A DNA stretch of 32,687 nucleotides from Octopus bimaculoides. Lineage: Eukaryota. Below are positions 1-11,910 of the stretch, one piece after another. Position numbers and translations under genes: made by a program. Where the stretch lies: NCBI RefSeq assembly GCF_001194135.2, contig NC_068984.1, forward strand, positions 82,902,566-82,935,252, given 5' to 3'. Numbering within the stretch: the stretch's first letter is position 1; each line of letters begins with the position of its first letter. The notes below the pieces were generated by a model. It was not told the origin of the DNA and did not search any database. It was given only the letters and a program-made list of their open reading frames with translations.

Positions 1-92
1 CCATCCATCCATCCATCCGTCCATCCGTCCATCCATCCATCCATCCATCCATCCATCCATCCATCTATCCGTCCATCCATCCATCCATCCAT

Positions 93-152
<60 letters not shown>

Positions 153-195
153 CCATCCATCCATCCATCCATCCATCTATCCATCCATACATACA
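1..195. repeat. (CCAT)n microsatellite with CCGT/CTAT variants
   Basis: Tandem CCAT units visible directly, ending in (ATAC)n. Confidence 0.98.
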
Positions 196-1766
196 TATTT
201 GTGTAAATTCAATGATTCCCTTCATAGCTTCACTGGTTTAAGCCTATAAACGGTCGTTTAGGTTCTCGGGTAGGATCTACGGTTCAGTTGTTAATGTGGG
301 TGCTGGGAGGGTGTAGATTGATACGGTGAACCCCGATGGGTGTGTTTCAGCTGGTCGTGGGTTCTGCAAGGCGTAGTTGTTATCCAAGTAGTGATAATTG
401 GTTTCTGTATTGTTTCGGTTAAAAAGAGTGTAGATTTTATGTGAATAGTAATTATCAAACTAATAAGGTTATATGAAGGGTAGAAGTTTTGCTAAAAATC
501 TTTCAAATAAAAATAGCACTTGATGGCTTCCAACTAGAATAAATTCCTCTTCCCAGACAGTAAATTATACGTCAGATAATATGTATTATTTCACCTTCGG
601 TTGCTCCAACGTTGCAGAACACACTGAAATTTACCACTTGACTTCGACTAACTAATGTTTTTCAGTCTTCACTTCAGGAAAGCTAGAATGATCTCACACG
701 CATGGAACTCTGAGTAGCTGTGAATCAGCGACTGTTCCCAAATCAATTCTGCTACATGTGCGGATTTTTCATTTTCCTATTTGCATTTGTAAATATACAT
801 TTATATATCATACATACGTAAATGCATACTTACATAGCTACACAAGCGCGCGCACATATATATACATATATCTACATGTATATATACTTGCATACACGCG
901 CGCGCGAACACACACACACGCACTCACACACACACAGATATGTATATTTTGTCACTTTGACTTTTTAATTAAACTCGACATGCTATCGTGCAGACATCTC
1001 TTTAATTCCATTTTACACCTAATTCCATTAGAATAACATTGCCGTTTTCCCTAATTCCATATTGCATGCAAACCTTATAAAAGACACACACACATGCACA
1101 TCCACTGATGCACAGGCGCAAGCAGCACACACATTATTCAGTATGTATATATGTTTCTATGTAAGTATGTGAATATGTATGTATGTATGTATGTACGTAC
1201 GTACATATGAATGAATGGCTGAAAGAATGGATGATTGATATAAGTTTTGTCTTCCTTTTTAAAAATATCTTTTTTAATTCTTTATACAAACAAAATGTTA
1301 TTTTCTAAGAAAGAAACATTGATTCTTCTGCAAAGTATTATATATTCCATTACTGAAAAGTTGCACTTATTTTTACTGTCCCGCTTATAGAATGTATTAG
1401 CAAAGCGTCTGTCAGCCATTCACATTCTATGTTTAAAAACCTCCACATTTTCAGATTATTACTCGGACATATATTAAAAATGATATGTGTAACAATAATA
1501 GGTGCAAGTGTACATATATTTTCTAGGTAGAATCTGTAGGCATCAAATCAGTTAGCCGTTAATTTTCTCTACCCTTTTATTGATTTCTACAGATATTTTT
1601 GCACCCGCGAGGTAGCAGATCCTTATCACTATGCGTAATTTTTATTTTCTATCCCAAACAACCATATTAAGTCGGCCATGCTTACATTTGTCAGAGGTTT
1701 TGATGAAAATATTGATTTATTTTTGTTGAGGGAGGAGAAAAGTTTTCTACATCACTCTAATATGTT

Positions 1767-1972
1767 TATGTGTATGTATGTATGTATGTATGTATATATG
1801 TATGTATGTATGTATGTATGCATGCATGCATGTATGCATGTATGTATGTATGTATGTATGCATGCATACATGCATGCATGTATGTATGTATGTATGTATG
1901 TATGTATGTATATATGTATGTATGCATGCATGTATGCATGCATGTATGTATGTATGTATGTATGTATGTATG
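1767..1972. repeat. (TATG)n/(CATG)n compound microsatellite
   Basis: Visible directly; explains the overlapping MYVC/HTYI pseudo-ORFs. Confidence 0.98.
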
Positions 1973-3867
1973 TCATAATTCAGTTTTATTTCAAGATTTC
2001 TTGCCAATGGTGAAAGAACTCCTTCAAGGCTCCTTCATTGGAATTTCAACATCAACAACAGGGTATTTTTTGTATTCCTGTATATATGTATATATGCAGA
2101 TCTGTATGCTTAGTTTTATGTATGTCTTCTCATGCATATAGTTGCATATCTAGACGTGCTTAAATGATATACTTAAATGATATACTTAAATGATAATTTT
2201 CTGTAAAGTTTTACAGATTTTTACAGTTCCAGTGATAGATTGGATCTGTAGTCTTCGAATCAGCTTTCTCCTACCTAGTTTTGAGAAGCTTAATTTCTCA
2301 AGATTGGTATTTAGGCAGTGTGTTACATATCCTAGCGCCCCAATAATTACAGGTATAAACCTGAACTTGTAATCTCGATAGAGTAACTGCAGATTTCTCA
2401 ATAATTCAATGTAGGTATTCTCTTTTTCACTGATCTTCAGTTTTATGTTGACATCCGATGGGCAGCTAATTTCTACAAATGTGCACAGTTTCTCTTCTCT
2501 ATCCCAAATCATTATATCAGGTCTGTTGGGCTTACATTTTATTGAGGTCTTCACTGGGACTTTGCACCAGTACTCCTTTTTACTATGAGTGACTATGGCT
2601 TCTACCATTCTATGCGTTCTTATTTCTTTATCCTCAGGGATATCCTTCCAACTGATTTCATTATATAGTGCCCTAGCTACAACATTATGTCTTATCGGTA
2701 GATATACCGTGATGATATTTTCAGACAACTGCTTATAATATTTTCGGTTTTAACTCCACAAAGTCTGCATCGGTTGTCACATTTTACTGCTTTCCTGCAT
2801 TTCTATCCCTTTTGTGCATCAGGTATTTGGTTGACGTTTACTGTTCCTGAGTTGCAAACACATACCCTTCAGAGTGGGAGGTAGTAATCCGGTTATTGGT
2901 CCATGATAGACTGCTTTGATGATCGATGTTACTATCATCACAGAGCTTTCTATTAACATATCCATGCATGGGCTTCTGCTCATATATGCTCATCCTTTCA
3001 TCTGATAATACGTTACGGTAGATTCGTGCGACTTCTTTGGACATATATTTAAGGTTATCAGACAAGGAAATGCTACTCAAGTAGCAGCCTTCCAAGTCTT
3101 ATGATGTTATCAGCCTCATGTATGCGAACATGGTCAAGGGATGCACTTTGACACTTGGTGGTTAAAAGATGCTGCCGAAGGGGTATGGCACGACATTCAA
3201 AGGCATTTTGAATCGATGTTCAGCCCCTTCCGCCTTGTTTTCGTTTTAGTTAGAAGCGCACTACGTCACTGTTTACGTGGAAATTATGTGTGCTTGTTAG
3301 TATTTTCCGGGTTATCACATCAGTAGTGGAGGCGCAATGGCCCAGTGGTTAGGGCAGCGGACTCGCGGTCATAGGATCGTGGTTTCGATTCCCAGGCTGG
3401 GCGTTGTGAGTGTTTATTGAGCGAAAACACCTAAAGCTCCACGAGGCTCCGGCAGGGGATGGTGGCGGACCCTGCTGTACTCTTTCACCACAACTTTCTC
3501 TCACTCTTACTTCCTGTTTCTGTTGTACCTGTAATTCAAAGGGTCAGCCTTGTCACACTGTGTCACGCTGAATATCTCCGAGAACTACGTTAAGGGTACA
3601 CGTGTCTGTGGAGTGCTCAGCCACTTGCACGTTAATTTCACGAGCAGACTGTTCCGTTGGTCGGATCAACTAGAACCCTCGATGTCGTAAGCGACGGGGT
3701 GCCAGCATCACATCAATGGCTCGGACCTCATCAAGTGTCCAATCAAGCAGCCCTAATGTTGGTATGAGTTCTGGCACTGTAACACATTGTGGACTACTGT
3801 TTTATTGAATGCAGACAGTTCTGAGGTCCAACTTTTCTTTATTCGACTGTAATATTCTTTAGTGACA
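1973..3867 (-). mobile_element. R4/Dong-like non-LTR retrotransposon, 5'-truncated and decayed (copy A), interrupted by a SINE
   Basis: Minus-strand translation gives KEYYSRIKKSWTSELSAFNK, AIDVITRKILTSTHNFHVNSDVVRF*LKRKQGGRG, KPMHGYV, CRLC, RHNVVA, NRPDIMIWD..VEISCP, PVIIGALG and IQSITGTVKICKT. These match R4-clade post-RT, CCHC and restriction-like endonuclease (REL) motifs, with stops and frameshifts. A putative 3' UTR carries AATAAA just before the (ACAT)n tract. Confidence 0.85.
3323..3706 (+). mobile_element. tRNA-derived SINE, type A, copy 1
   Basis: A box TGGCCCAGTGG and B box GTTTCGATTCC in a tRNA-Arg-like head. TSD ATCACATCA at 3314-3322 and 3707-3715. Near-identical to copies at 17421 and 28309. 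Confidence 0.93.
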
Positions 3868-3916
3868 CGTATGTATGTATGTATGTATGTATGTATGTAT
3901 GTATGTTCTCTTCCAC

Positions 3917-4235
3917 TTTTACTCTTTTATTTGTTTCAGTCATTTGACTGCGGCCATGCTGGAGCACCGCCTTTAGTCGAGCAAATCGACTCCAGGACTT
4001 ATTCTTTGTAAGCCTAGTACTTATTCTATCAGTCTTTTTGCCGAACCGCTAAGTTACGGGGACGTTAACACACCAGCATCGATTGTCAAGCGATGTTGGG
4101 GGGGGGGGGCAAACACAGACATACAAACATATATATATATATANNNNNNNNNNNNNNNNNNNNNNNNNNNNNNNNNNNNNNNNNNNNNNNNNNNNNNNNN
4201 NNNNNGGGGGGGGGGGCAAACACAGACATACAAAC

Positions 4236-4266
<31 letters not shown>

Positions 4267-4407
4267 CGACGTGCTTCTTTCAGTTTCTGTCTACCAAATC
4301 CACTCACAAGGCTCTGGTCGGCCCGAAGCTATAGTAGGATACACTTGCCCAAGGTGCCACGCAGTAGGACTGAACCCGGAACCATGTGATTCGTAAGCAA
4401 GCTACTT
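3917..4407 (-). mobile_element. tRNA-derived SINE, type E (internal microsatellite), copy 1
   Basis: Minus strand has GGTTCAGTCC B box, CACCTTGGGCAAGTG CORE-like block, internal (TA)n and the tail GCGGTGCTCCAGCATGGCCGCAGTCAAATGACTGAAAC. Recurs at 12197, 19265, 21535 and 31258. Confidence 0.85.
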
Positions 4408-4458
4408 TTGATTATTTTTGATTATTTAAATTCTTTCTCTCTCTGAAAGAGCTCGTTT

Positions 4459-4967
4459 CTAACAAAGATACAAAACTCCATCGTTGGAATGTAGATAACG
4501 AAAACAATGACATATTTTAAACTTGAGAAAAGTCTTGCATATTTTTTCTCTTCTACTTACAGATTGTAGTTTTAATATGCAAGTGGTTGATTTTTTTCCG
4601 GAAAATTCAAGTTTATCCAGACTAACAGTCTGGATAAGCACCAATTATTATTAATATAAATGTAAATTTGTAATCCGGATATAGAAGCTGGCGGTTTTGA
4701 GGCAGTTGTCCATATTTATCCTGTTTCTCTTTGATTTTCTGGTTTTCAAAGAAATATTCACAACAATATCCGACTTGCTATGCTTACACTTCACAGATGC
4801 TTTGACGGGAATGTTCCACCAGTATTCCTTGTGTTAATGCTTGTCTATGTATTCAGCAACAGGGGGATTCTCTATATTTATTCCAAGACATCTTTTTTTC
4901 CGAATGGGATTGTATATTATTTTTGCGACAACGTCGTGTCGCGTAGGGAGGTAGTATCTTGATAACT
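4459..4967 (-). mobile_element. R4/Dong-like LINE 3' fragment (copy B)
   Basis: RYYLPTRHDVVAKIIYN, KEYWWNIPVK and KICKTFLKF parallel copy A. Internally deleted. Confidence 0.8.
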
Positions 4968-5068
4968 GTATGTATGGATGGATGTATGTATGTATGTATG
5001 TATGTATGTATGTATGTATGTATGGATGGATGGATGGATGGATGGATGGATGGATGCATGCATGCATG
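4968..5068. repeat. (TATG)n(GATG)n microsatellite
   Basis: Visible directly; abuts the 5' junction of R4 copy B. Confidence 0.97.
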
Positions 5069-5139
5069 GAAGAAGGTAGGTGTATGAGAATGTGTAATTT
5101 TTCCTTTGTAATTATTAAAGTTTCTTTTTTCCTTTGGAG

Positions 5140-5187
5140 AATTCAAAGTGGTGAATCTTTTTTGTGTAACTCAATACAACTCTTGAG
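5140..5187 (+). CDS. Candidate 48-nt phase 2-2 exon (IQSGESFLCNSIQLL) of an unidentified host gene
   Basis: Pyrimidine tract tttcttttttcctttggag, donor GAG|gtttgt, one open frame. Ab initio reasoning only. Confidence 0.25.
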
Positions 5188-5404
5188 GTTTGTAGATATG
5201 TGAATCGAATATTGAAGGTATATACGTATTAATTGATAAACATGCATCTATGTAGTGGGTGTGCATATAATTTTGGAATACAAGTGTATGTGCTTCATTA
5301 CTGCTTATGTGTGTTTCTGTGTATGTGCTCAATATGTACATGTGATTGTGCATATTTGTTCAGCTCAGAAACTTCAAATGTTAGACTACTTTACAATGTA
5401 TGAA

Positions 5405-5437
5405 TGTATGTATGTGTGTGTGTGTGTGAGTGTGTGT

Positions 5438-5528
<91 letters not shown>
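5405..5528. repeat. (TG)n microsatellite
   Basis: Visible directly. Confidence 0.98.
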
Positions 5529-5530
<2 letters not shown>

Positions 5531-5574
5531 TGTGTCTTTCCCTGGTATTATTTTAAGCTTTTTTTCTTTTGCAG

Positions 5575-5622
5575 AAGTCCAGCCAGTCAGTTGAAGAAAA
5601 CTCTTGGAATCTGTGGTTATCT
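5575..5622 (+). CDS. Candidate 48-nt exon (SPASQLKKTLGICGY, or KSSQSVEENSWNLWLS in phase 0)
   Basis: Strong acceptor tttttttcttttgcag and donor CT|gtatgg. Non-repetitive island between microsatellites, phase-compatible with 5140-5187. Confidence 0.3.
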
Positions 5623-5744
5623 GTATGGTTAATGTATGGACATATATGTGTATGTATTGTGTGCATGTATGTGCATGTAGATTAGCTTGTACTCGCGGGT
5701 GTGTATATGTCACAATAGATTACGAGTTGTATGTCTCATTATTG

Positions 5745-6250
5745 TTTATGTGTGGGTGTATATATATATTCTGTGTATGTGTGGTTATGTGCGTGTATGT
5801 GTATTCTATGCGCATGTGTGGTTGTGAGCGTGTGTGTGTGTATTCTATGTACACGTGTGGTTGCGAGCGTGTGTGTGTATTCTATGTGCACGTGTGGTTG
5901 TGTGAGTATGTGTGTATTCTATGTGTACGCGTGGTTATGTGAGTGTATATGTATTCTATGTGTATGCGTGGTTGTGTGAGTGTATGTGTAGCTGTGTGAG
6001 TGCTAGTGTATTTTATGTGCATGCGTGGTTGTGTGTGTGCATGTGTATTCTATGTGTACACGTGGTTGTGTGCGTGTATGTGTATTCTATGTGTATGTGT
6101 GATTGTGAGCGTGTATGTGTATGTGTAGCTGTGTGAGTGTATGTGTATTCTATGTGTACGCATGGTTGTGTGTGTGTATGTGTATTCTATGTGTATGTGT
6201 AGCTGTGTGAGTGTATGTGTATTCTATGTGTATGTATGGTTGTGTGCGTA
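5745..6250. repeat. Degenerate ~37-40 bp minisatellite (core GTGTATTCTATGTGTAC..GTGGTTGTG)
   Basis: About a dozen recurrences of TATTCTATG each followed by GTGGTT or GTAGCT. Confidence 0.9.
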
Positions 6251-6261
6251 TGTTCACGCAG

Positions 6262-7545
6262 TAACCTCAAATAGAGAATCCCAGAAATGTTTTAGAAATT
6301 TTCCTTATTCCTCTGGTCAACTGTATTTGGAGAACCCAAGCATTCCTAGGTTTCTATGCAGTCAATTGTTACGTAACCCACTGGGGGCAAATGAAAATCT
6401 ATAACCTGGATATAAGAGCTGTAGGTTTGTTATCAGCTCTCCACAGAACTGCAGTCTTTATGGAAATGTTCCGCCACTCGCTGGTGCTAGTGTGCGCGGC
6501 TGTCAGAGCAATCCTTGCATATGGCATTGCAAACCATCATAGCGACAATGTCATGTCTCATAAGAAGGTAGGGTCTTGCGAACATTTTGGGGCAGCTACT
6601 GAGGATGTGATATTTTCCACATTTGTATGCCATAATCGACACTTTCTATCACAGCGTGGAGATTTAGAGATATGATATCCTTATCTCTTTTGTTGATCAA
6701 GTAATTAGTAGCTACCTCTTGTTCTTGATTAGCAAAGGCATAATCTTCTAATGAAGGAGTGATGTACTTATCATAAATCCTGGAGAGGTTTCTATTCCTG
6801 TCAGCGTTGTTGGCATTCTCTTACTTGTGGGACATCTACCCAAACATAACTTTCAGTTGTTATGATGGTTATTTCTCTTCTAAGTCTCTACGTAAATCAC
6901 GCTTGGTTCGCACGGAGTAGCTGTATCAGTAGAGTACTCGTTCAGGACTTCTTTGCCTTATCTGATGATGCTATTATCCTCACTGTTGAGTATACATGTG
7001 ACGTATTAATTTCATTCTTTATCGTACAGTAGATGTTGTGAAGGTGGAGGCGAGTGGCCTAGTGGTTAGGGTGTCAGCACCATGATCGTAAGATTGTGGT
7101 TTCGATTCCTGGACCGGGCGACGCGTTGTGTTCTTGAGCAAAACACTTCATTTTCACGTTGCTTCAGTCCACTTAGCTGGCAAAAACGAGTAACGCTGCG
7201 ATGGACTGGCGTCCCGTCCAGCTGGGGAACACATACGCCATTGAAACCGGGAAACCGGGCCCATGAGCCTGGCTAGGTTTTAAAAGGGCGCATTTATATT
7301 ATTAGATGTTGTGAAGAAAGCAGCAAATCTTTTCTCAGCGATAGTTGTCTGTTGTCACAGTTGTTTGACACTGAATTTGGAGTAGTTGTGGTATTTTACA
7401 TCCCAATGATTCTTCAACCTTTTCATGTTACCTACTGAGGGATCTTCCCTAGTCCTGTCACTGAATTTGCTCAACTCTTGGTTCAATTCAAAGGCTTCGT
7501 AGCAGGTGCTGATCTCAATCTCCTGTTCAGCCATGGCAAATATAG
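6262..7545 (-). mobile_element. R4/Dong-like LINE derivative lacking the RT core (copy C), interrupted by a SINE
   Basis: N-terminal-like TCYEA..MKRLKNHWDVKYHNYSKFSVKQL joins QHLL..SEDNSIIR, KYITPSLEDYAFANQEQEVATNYL, CDRKCRL, SSCPKM..MRHDIVA and YPGYRF. Confidence 0.75.
7044..7302 (+). mobile_element. tRNA-derived SINE, type B
   Basis: A box TGGCCTAGTGG and B box GTTTCGATTCC, TTCTTGAGCAAAACACT block, GCGATGGACTGGCGTCCCGTCCAG block. 14-bp TSD TAGATGTTGTGAAG at 7030-7043 and 7303-7316. Confidence 0.92.
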
Positions 7546-7715
7546 TAGTAATCCAACGTGTTTAGTTTCAGTTAATTTTATTCGTTTGATCATTGCTTTA
7601 ATCTACTATAAAAAGGTGCCTCTTCACATTTATTCAAAGAAGATAACCAATTTTATTTGTCAGGCATGTGTTAAAAGCAAAAATTTTGATTTCAAGGCCT
7701 ATGTACCTACGTACA

Positions 7716-7783
7716 TGTATGTATGTATGTATGTATGTATGTATGTATGTATGTATGTATGTATTTTGCGTGCGTATGCGTGA

Positions 7784-7823
<40 letters not shown>
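7716..7823. repeat. (TATG)n then (TG)n microsatellite
   Basis: Visible directly. Confidence 0.97.
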
Positions 7824-7825
<2 letters not shown>

Positions 7826-8124
7826 CTTTAAGTTCTTCATGGAGTTTAAGCCAGTTGCTAATTAAGTGACAAGGCTTTATGAGTTATGAGAGTTCCCGCA
7901 GTTTCTAAATACTTGGTTGTGTTAGTGTGTGCATATCTGTAGGTGCATGCATCTGCACTTATATTCTATAAGAACATGCCTTTTTAGAACATGCCTTTTT
8001 AGAACATGTCTCTTTAGTGTTTGTGTGTGGATGTGGTGGGGTGCGCGTAGGCGAAATTACTTTTATATAGGTGCCTTTGTAGATGCACACATTTGAGTAA
8101 GTGCATATAATCATAAAAAAAAAA

Positions 8125-8250
8125 TTAGATGGATAATCTTAGGAATGTCTCACAAACTTTTACTGTGCTCTTAATAGATTGGATTTTGAAGATGTACCTC
8201 AGTTTCTTTGGGGGTTTTTCCCAGAAAACCTTAGCATTTGTGTGTTTAAT
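8125..8250 (-). mobile_element. R4/Dong-like LINE extreme C-terminal fragment (copy D)
   Basis: KIQSIKSTVKVCETFLRLSI* parallels IQSITGTVKICKTLQKIII* of copy A. Confidence 0.65.
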
Positions 8251-8298
8251 CTGTCTGGATGTATATGTGCATGCACTTAAGTGGCTGCATATGTATGT

Positions 8299-8648
8299 AA
8301 AGGGTAATGGGTAAAGACCACCTTCGGTCATAAATGACCATGGGATTGTACCCAGAAAGTTACCCTCCGAGGCACAAGTCCGGGCAAGGTTGTTTATTGA
8401 AGACCAGCAGTCACCCATGCATACCAGCCTTTCCTCTCCACGCCACTGATGTTATCCAAGGGAAAGGCAAAAGCCGATACAATTTGGCACTAGTGACGTC
8501 GCAACCCATTTCTACAGATGAGTGAACTGGAACAACGTGAAATAAAGTGTCTTGCTCAAGAACGCAACATATAGCCCGTCCGGGAATCGAACTGACTACC
8601 TCATGATTGTGAGCCCGACGCTCTAACCACTGAACCATGCGTCTTCAC
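8299..8648 (-). mobile_element. tRNA-derived SINE, type C
   Basis: Minus strand has A box TGGTTCAGTGG, B box GTTCGATTCC and TTCTTGAGCAAGACACT block with a distinct tail. Near-TSD CATATGTATGT/CATGTGTATGT at 8288-8298 and 8649-8659. Confidence 0.9.
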
Positions 8649-9269
8649 CATGTGTATGTGCCTTGTGTGTAATTGTATATATATATATATATATATGTGA
8701 GTATATGTCTAAATACGTGTAATTGTATGAATAAATCTGTGTATTTACGTGCGGTTGTTGGAGGGGGGAATGTACATATGTGTGTATGTGTGTGTGATCG
8801 CTCGAGTATGTGTTAGCTTTTTTGTCTATACTATTTTGAGTGAAAAAAATAGTAAATGCTATCATAGATATTAATTGTGTTTGATGTATGTAATGGCTTA
8901 GTTGTTAATACAATACTTGAATGTATATTTTGATGGACAGTTATCTACGGGGAACATTTTAATATTAATGAAATGCACTAAATATATATAAATGGTGCAT
9001 ATAGTATCTTTTGTGTACCTAAAAAATCTATAAGGTACAATTTCCTCGATTGTGTAATATATATTTGTGTATGTGTATAAATGCATGTATGTGTGTATAC
9101 ATATACATACACGTGATGTATTAATATGGTATAATGTTACAGATAAGTATGTATATAGGTGCATAGATACAAGTATGTGCATGTGTGTGTGTGCGTGTCT
9201 TAGCTGGAGTAATATTACATGTATATATAAATACGTGTTTCCAGCCGCGTAAAAATATTGCTTCACAAA

Positions 9270-9655
9270 TGCGTAATCGGTGCTTGTTCAAGTGCATGCA
9301 TTTCCTGATTATCTCTGATCTAAATTTCAATAGTGGCTTTGTTTTCGAAGATTTTTGAGGATTCTTCTCTTTCCTACCATAAAAAGTTCACGCTGTTTAC
9401 TTCCAGTTTAAAAGTGCGTGGCTCTTTCCAGCATTTTCATAGACTTTTCTTTTAATTTCGAGATGTAGCTGGCAAATTTTAATCTTTTTCCTATGTTTAA
9501 AGGAGGATATATGATTGTAAGATCTTTATTTAAATATGTGTTTCGTGACGCCTATATCACCTATGTAATATTAATGTTTCTATTACTTTACTTCTACTTT
9601 GCAGGATTTCTTTTGGTGTATATGTACTCGGATTCCTGCATAAGCATGTACTTTC
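9270..9655 (-). mobile_element. Penelope-like element GIY-YIG endonuclease remnant
   Basis: With frameshifts: CLCRNPS, (Y)IGVTKHIFK*RSYNHISSFKHRK, ASYISKLKEK, KMLERATHF*TGSKQ and LLKFRSEIIRKCMHLNKHRL. These resemble the Penelope C-terminus (YIG.TE..FK.RY.NH; LNKRSE..SKCRH.NK). Confidence 0.7.
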
Positions 9656-10721
9656 GGTTTTGTTAGTGGGTCTGGGCGATATTGCCAAGGCAGTGCTAGT
9701 TATTATTTTTTTGTTTCTATATCTAAGGAGAAGTGTTTGTCGATAAAGATTAAAAAGCCTTTAGCTAGATTGGATTTTACATTAGGTGAAAAAGAGGATA
9801 TAACATTACACCTTTGTTTTACGTTTCGGTCGTGGAAAGACAGGTGCCATACAGACAGACAGACAAACACACACACACACACACACACTGGTTTCTGTTT
9901 GCGAGTGCCTTCAAATCACTCTTTTATATAAATTGTTCTTCATAATTTCTCCATAATTCGTTTTTGATACATTTTCGCTGATTTTTCATTCGTATATTTA
10001 CTCTCTCTCTCTCTCTCTTTCTTAATTAATCTCTCTTTTTCCTCTCTCGGTAACATTATGCTCACCCAGTAACTAACTACCTCTCTCTATGTCTATTTGT
10101 CTGATTGACTATCCATATCTTCATTTTTCCCATTGTAACTTTCATTACTTCTACTCTCTCTCTATCTCCTTCCCCTCCCCTTTTCTCGCTCTATATTACA
10201 ACAAAAAAATTAAGTAACTGAATTACTGAAATAAATCAGTGACATTATGCTTATTAATTTGTTTAATATACCCATGTCAGTTTATATAATATGAATATGA
10301 ACAAAACTGAAAATTCGCATTCGGAAAAATATTGTATGTTATTAAACTACATAAAAACCTTACCTCTTTATACAAGTAAAGACTGAAAATTAAAATTTAA
10401 AAAAGGTGCACCGAAGTAAATGTCCATTTAAAACGTATATAGCTTTGTTGTGGAGTGAATCTTATTGAGCTTATCGAAAACATGAGTTTATATCATAAAA
10501 TCCATTAAACATTTGATTTTTTTTTCTATCATGTTTTATCGCTATAAAACTTTTGTATTGTGTATTCTTTTCCTTTTAAATTTTCATCTTATCTTTTGTT
10601 TACCATTGAAAAATAGAAACAACAAAAACTGCTGAGACTAATAAATTAAAGAAATAAAAAAATAATAAACTAAAATTCGTTTGAAGGCTTAGGTTCATTT
10701 TCAACCCCCAAACCAATTTTC

Positions 10722-10735
10722 TTGTGTGTGTGTGT

Positions 10736-10776
<41 letters not shown>

Positions 10777-10812
10777 TATTCATATATATATACATGTATG
10801 TATGTGTGTGTA

Positions 10813-10857
<45 letters not shown>

Positions 10858-11118
10858 GTATATATATATANNNNNNNNNNNNNNNNNNNNNNNNNNNNNN
10901 NNNNNNNNNNNNNNNNNNNNNNNNNNNNNNNNNNNNNNNNNNNNNNNNNNNNNNNNNNNNNNNNNNNNNNNNNNNNNNNNNNNNNNNNNNNNNNNNNNNN
11001 NNNNNNNNNNNNNNNNNNNNNNNNNNNNNNNNNNNNNNNNNNNNNNNNNNNNNNNNNNNNNNNNNNNNNNNNNNNNNNNNNNNNNNNNNNNNNNNNNNNN
11101 NNNNNNNNNNNNNACACG

Positions 11119-11190
<72 letters not shown>
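10722..11190. repeat. Compound (TG)/(TA)/(CA) microsatellite spanning an assembly gap
   Basis: Visible directly; Ns at 10871-11113. Confidence 0.95.
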
Positions 11191-11191
<1 letters not shown>

Positions 11192-11910
11192 GTATAGGAG
11201 TAAATGTAAGGACAAGCAAGTTAGGCAAGTCGACTTACACAAAATATTAGGTATATGTATGTACGTGTGTGTGTATGTGTGTATGTGTGTGTGTGTGTGT
11301 GTGTATCGTCAAAAGATGAAAACAACGGCAAGAAAACTGATAAACCGTTACTTTCTAAGTAAAAGTATCATGTAATATTAGTTCTGCTCTGGTGGCACAG
11401 ACATTCCCTTGTCACTCTTGCCATAATAAATGCAGTGAATCGGTTAATGGCCTCTTGGAAAATTTGTAATCAATGTTGCTATTTCCCTCAAAATATGATA
11501 TGAGATAAAAAAAAAAAATTTGAAAATAAAATAGACCAGTTGTATCGGTTGCCTTTCTGTGAAAAGAAAATCAACTAAGAACAACATGATTAAATAAGTA
11601 GGTATAAAATATAAACAAGAATTAAGATAGGAGAAAAGTGTATTGATAGATGTATAAATATAAAGGCAGAGCATACACACACACACATACACGCGCGCGC
11701 ACATATATATCATGACTTTAAAATTCATAAGCCGTTGTACTGGATACATGAGAAGAAACATCGCACCTCCTCCGTCCGATTTTCTTCTGTAAAATACATA
11801 ATAGATCAGCTTTTATGTATGTATGTGTGTGTGTATGTGTTTGTGTTTGTGTGTGTGTGTGTGTGCGCGCGCGAGCGTATAATATATAGATATATACATA
11901 CATATATAAG

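Noticed and set aside
196-750. Non-repetitive block that might be a retroelement 3' UTR or an exon
   Set aside because: All frames I checked are interrupted and no motif was recognisable.
3323-3400. tRNA-like sequences with A/B boxes (also at 7044, 8648, 17798, 28309)
   Set aside because: They are SINE heads continuing into SINE bodies with TSDs, with no complete cloverleaf; not tRNA genes.
4090-4250. Direct repeat G12-CAAACACAGACATACAAAC-(AT)n on both sides of a gap
   Set aside because: Identical gap-flank duplication typical of an unmerged contig overlap.
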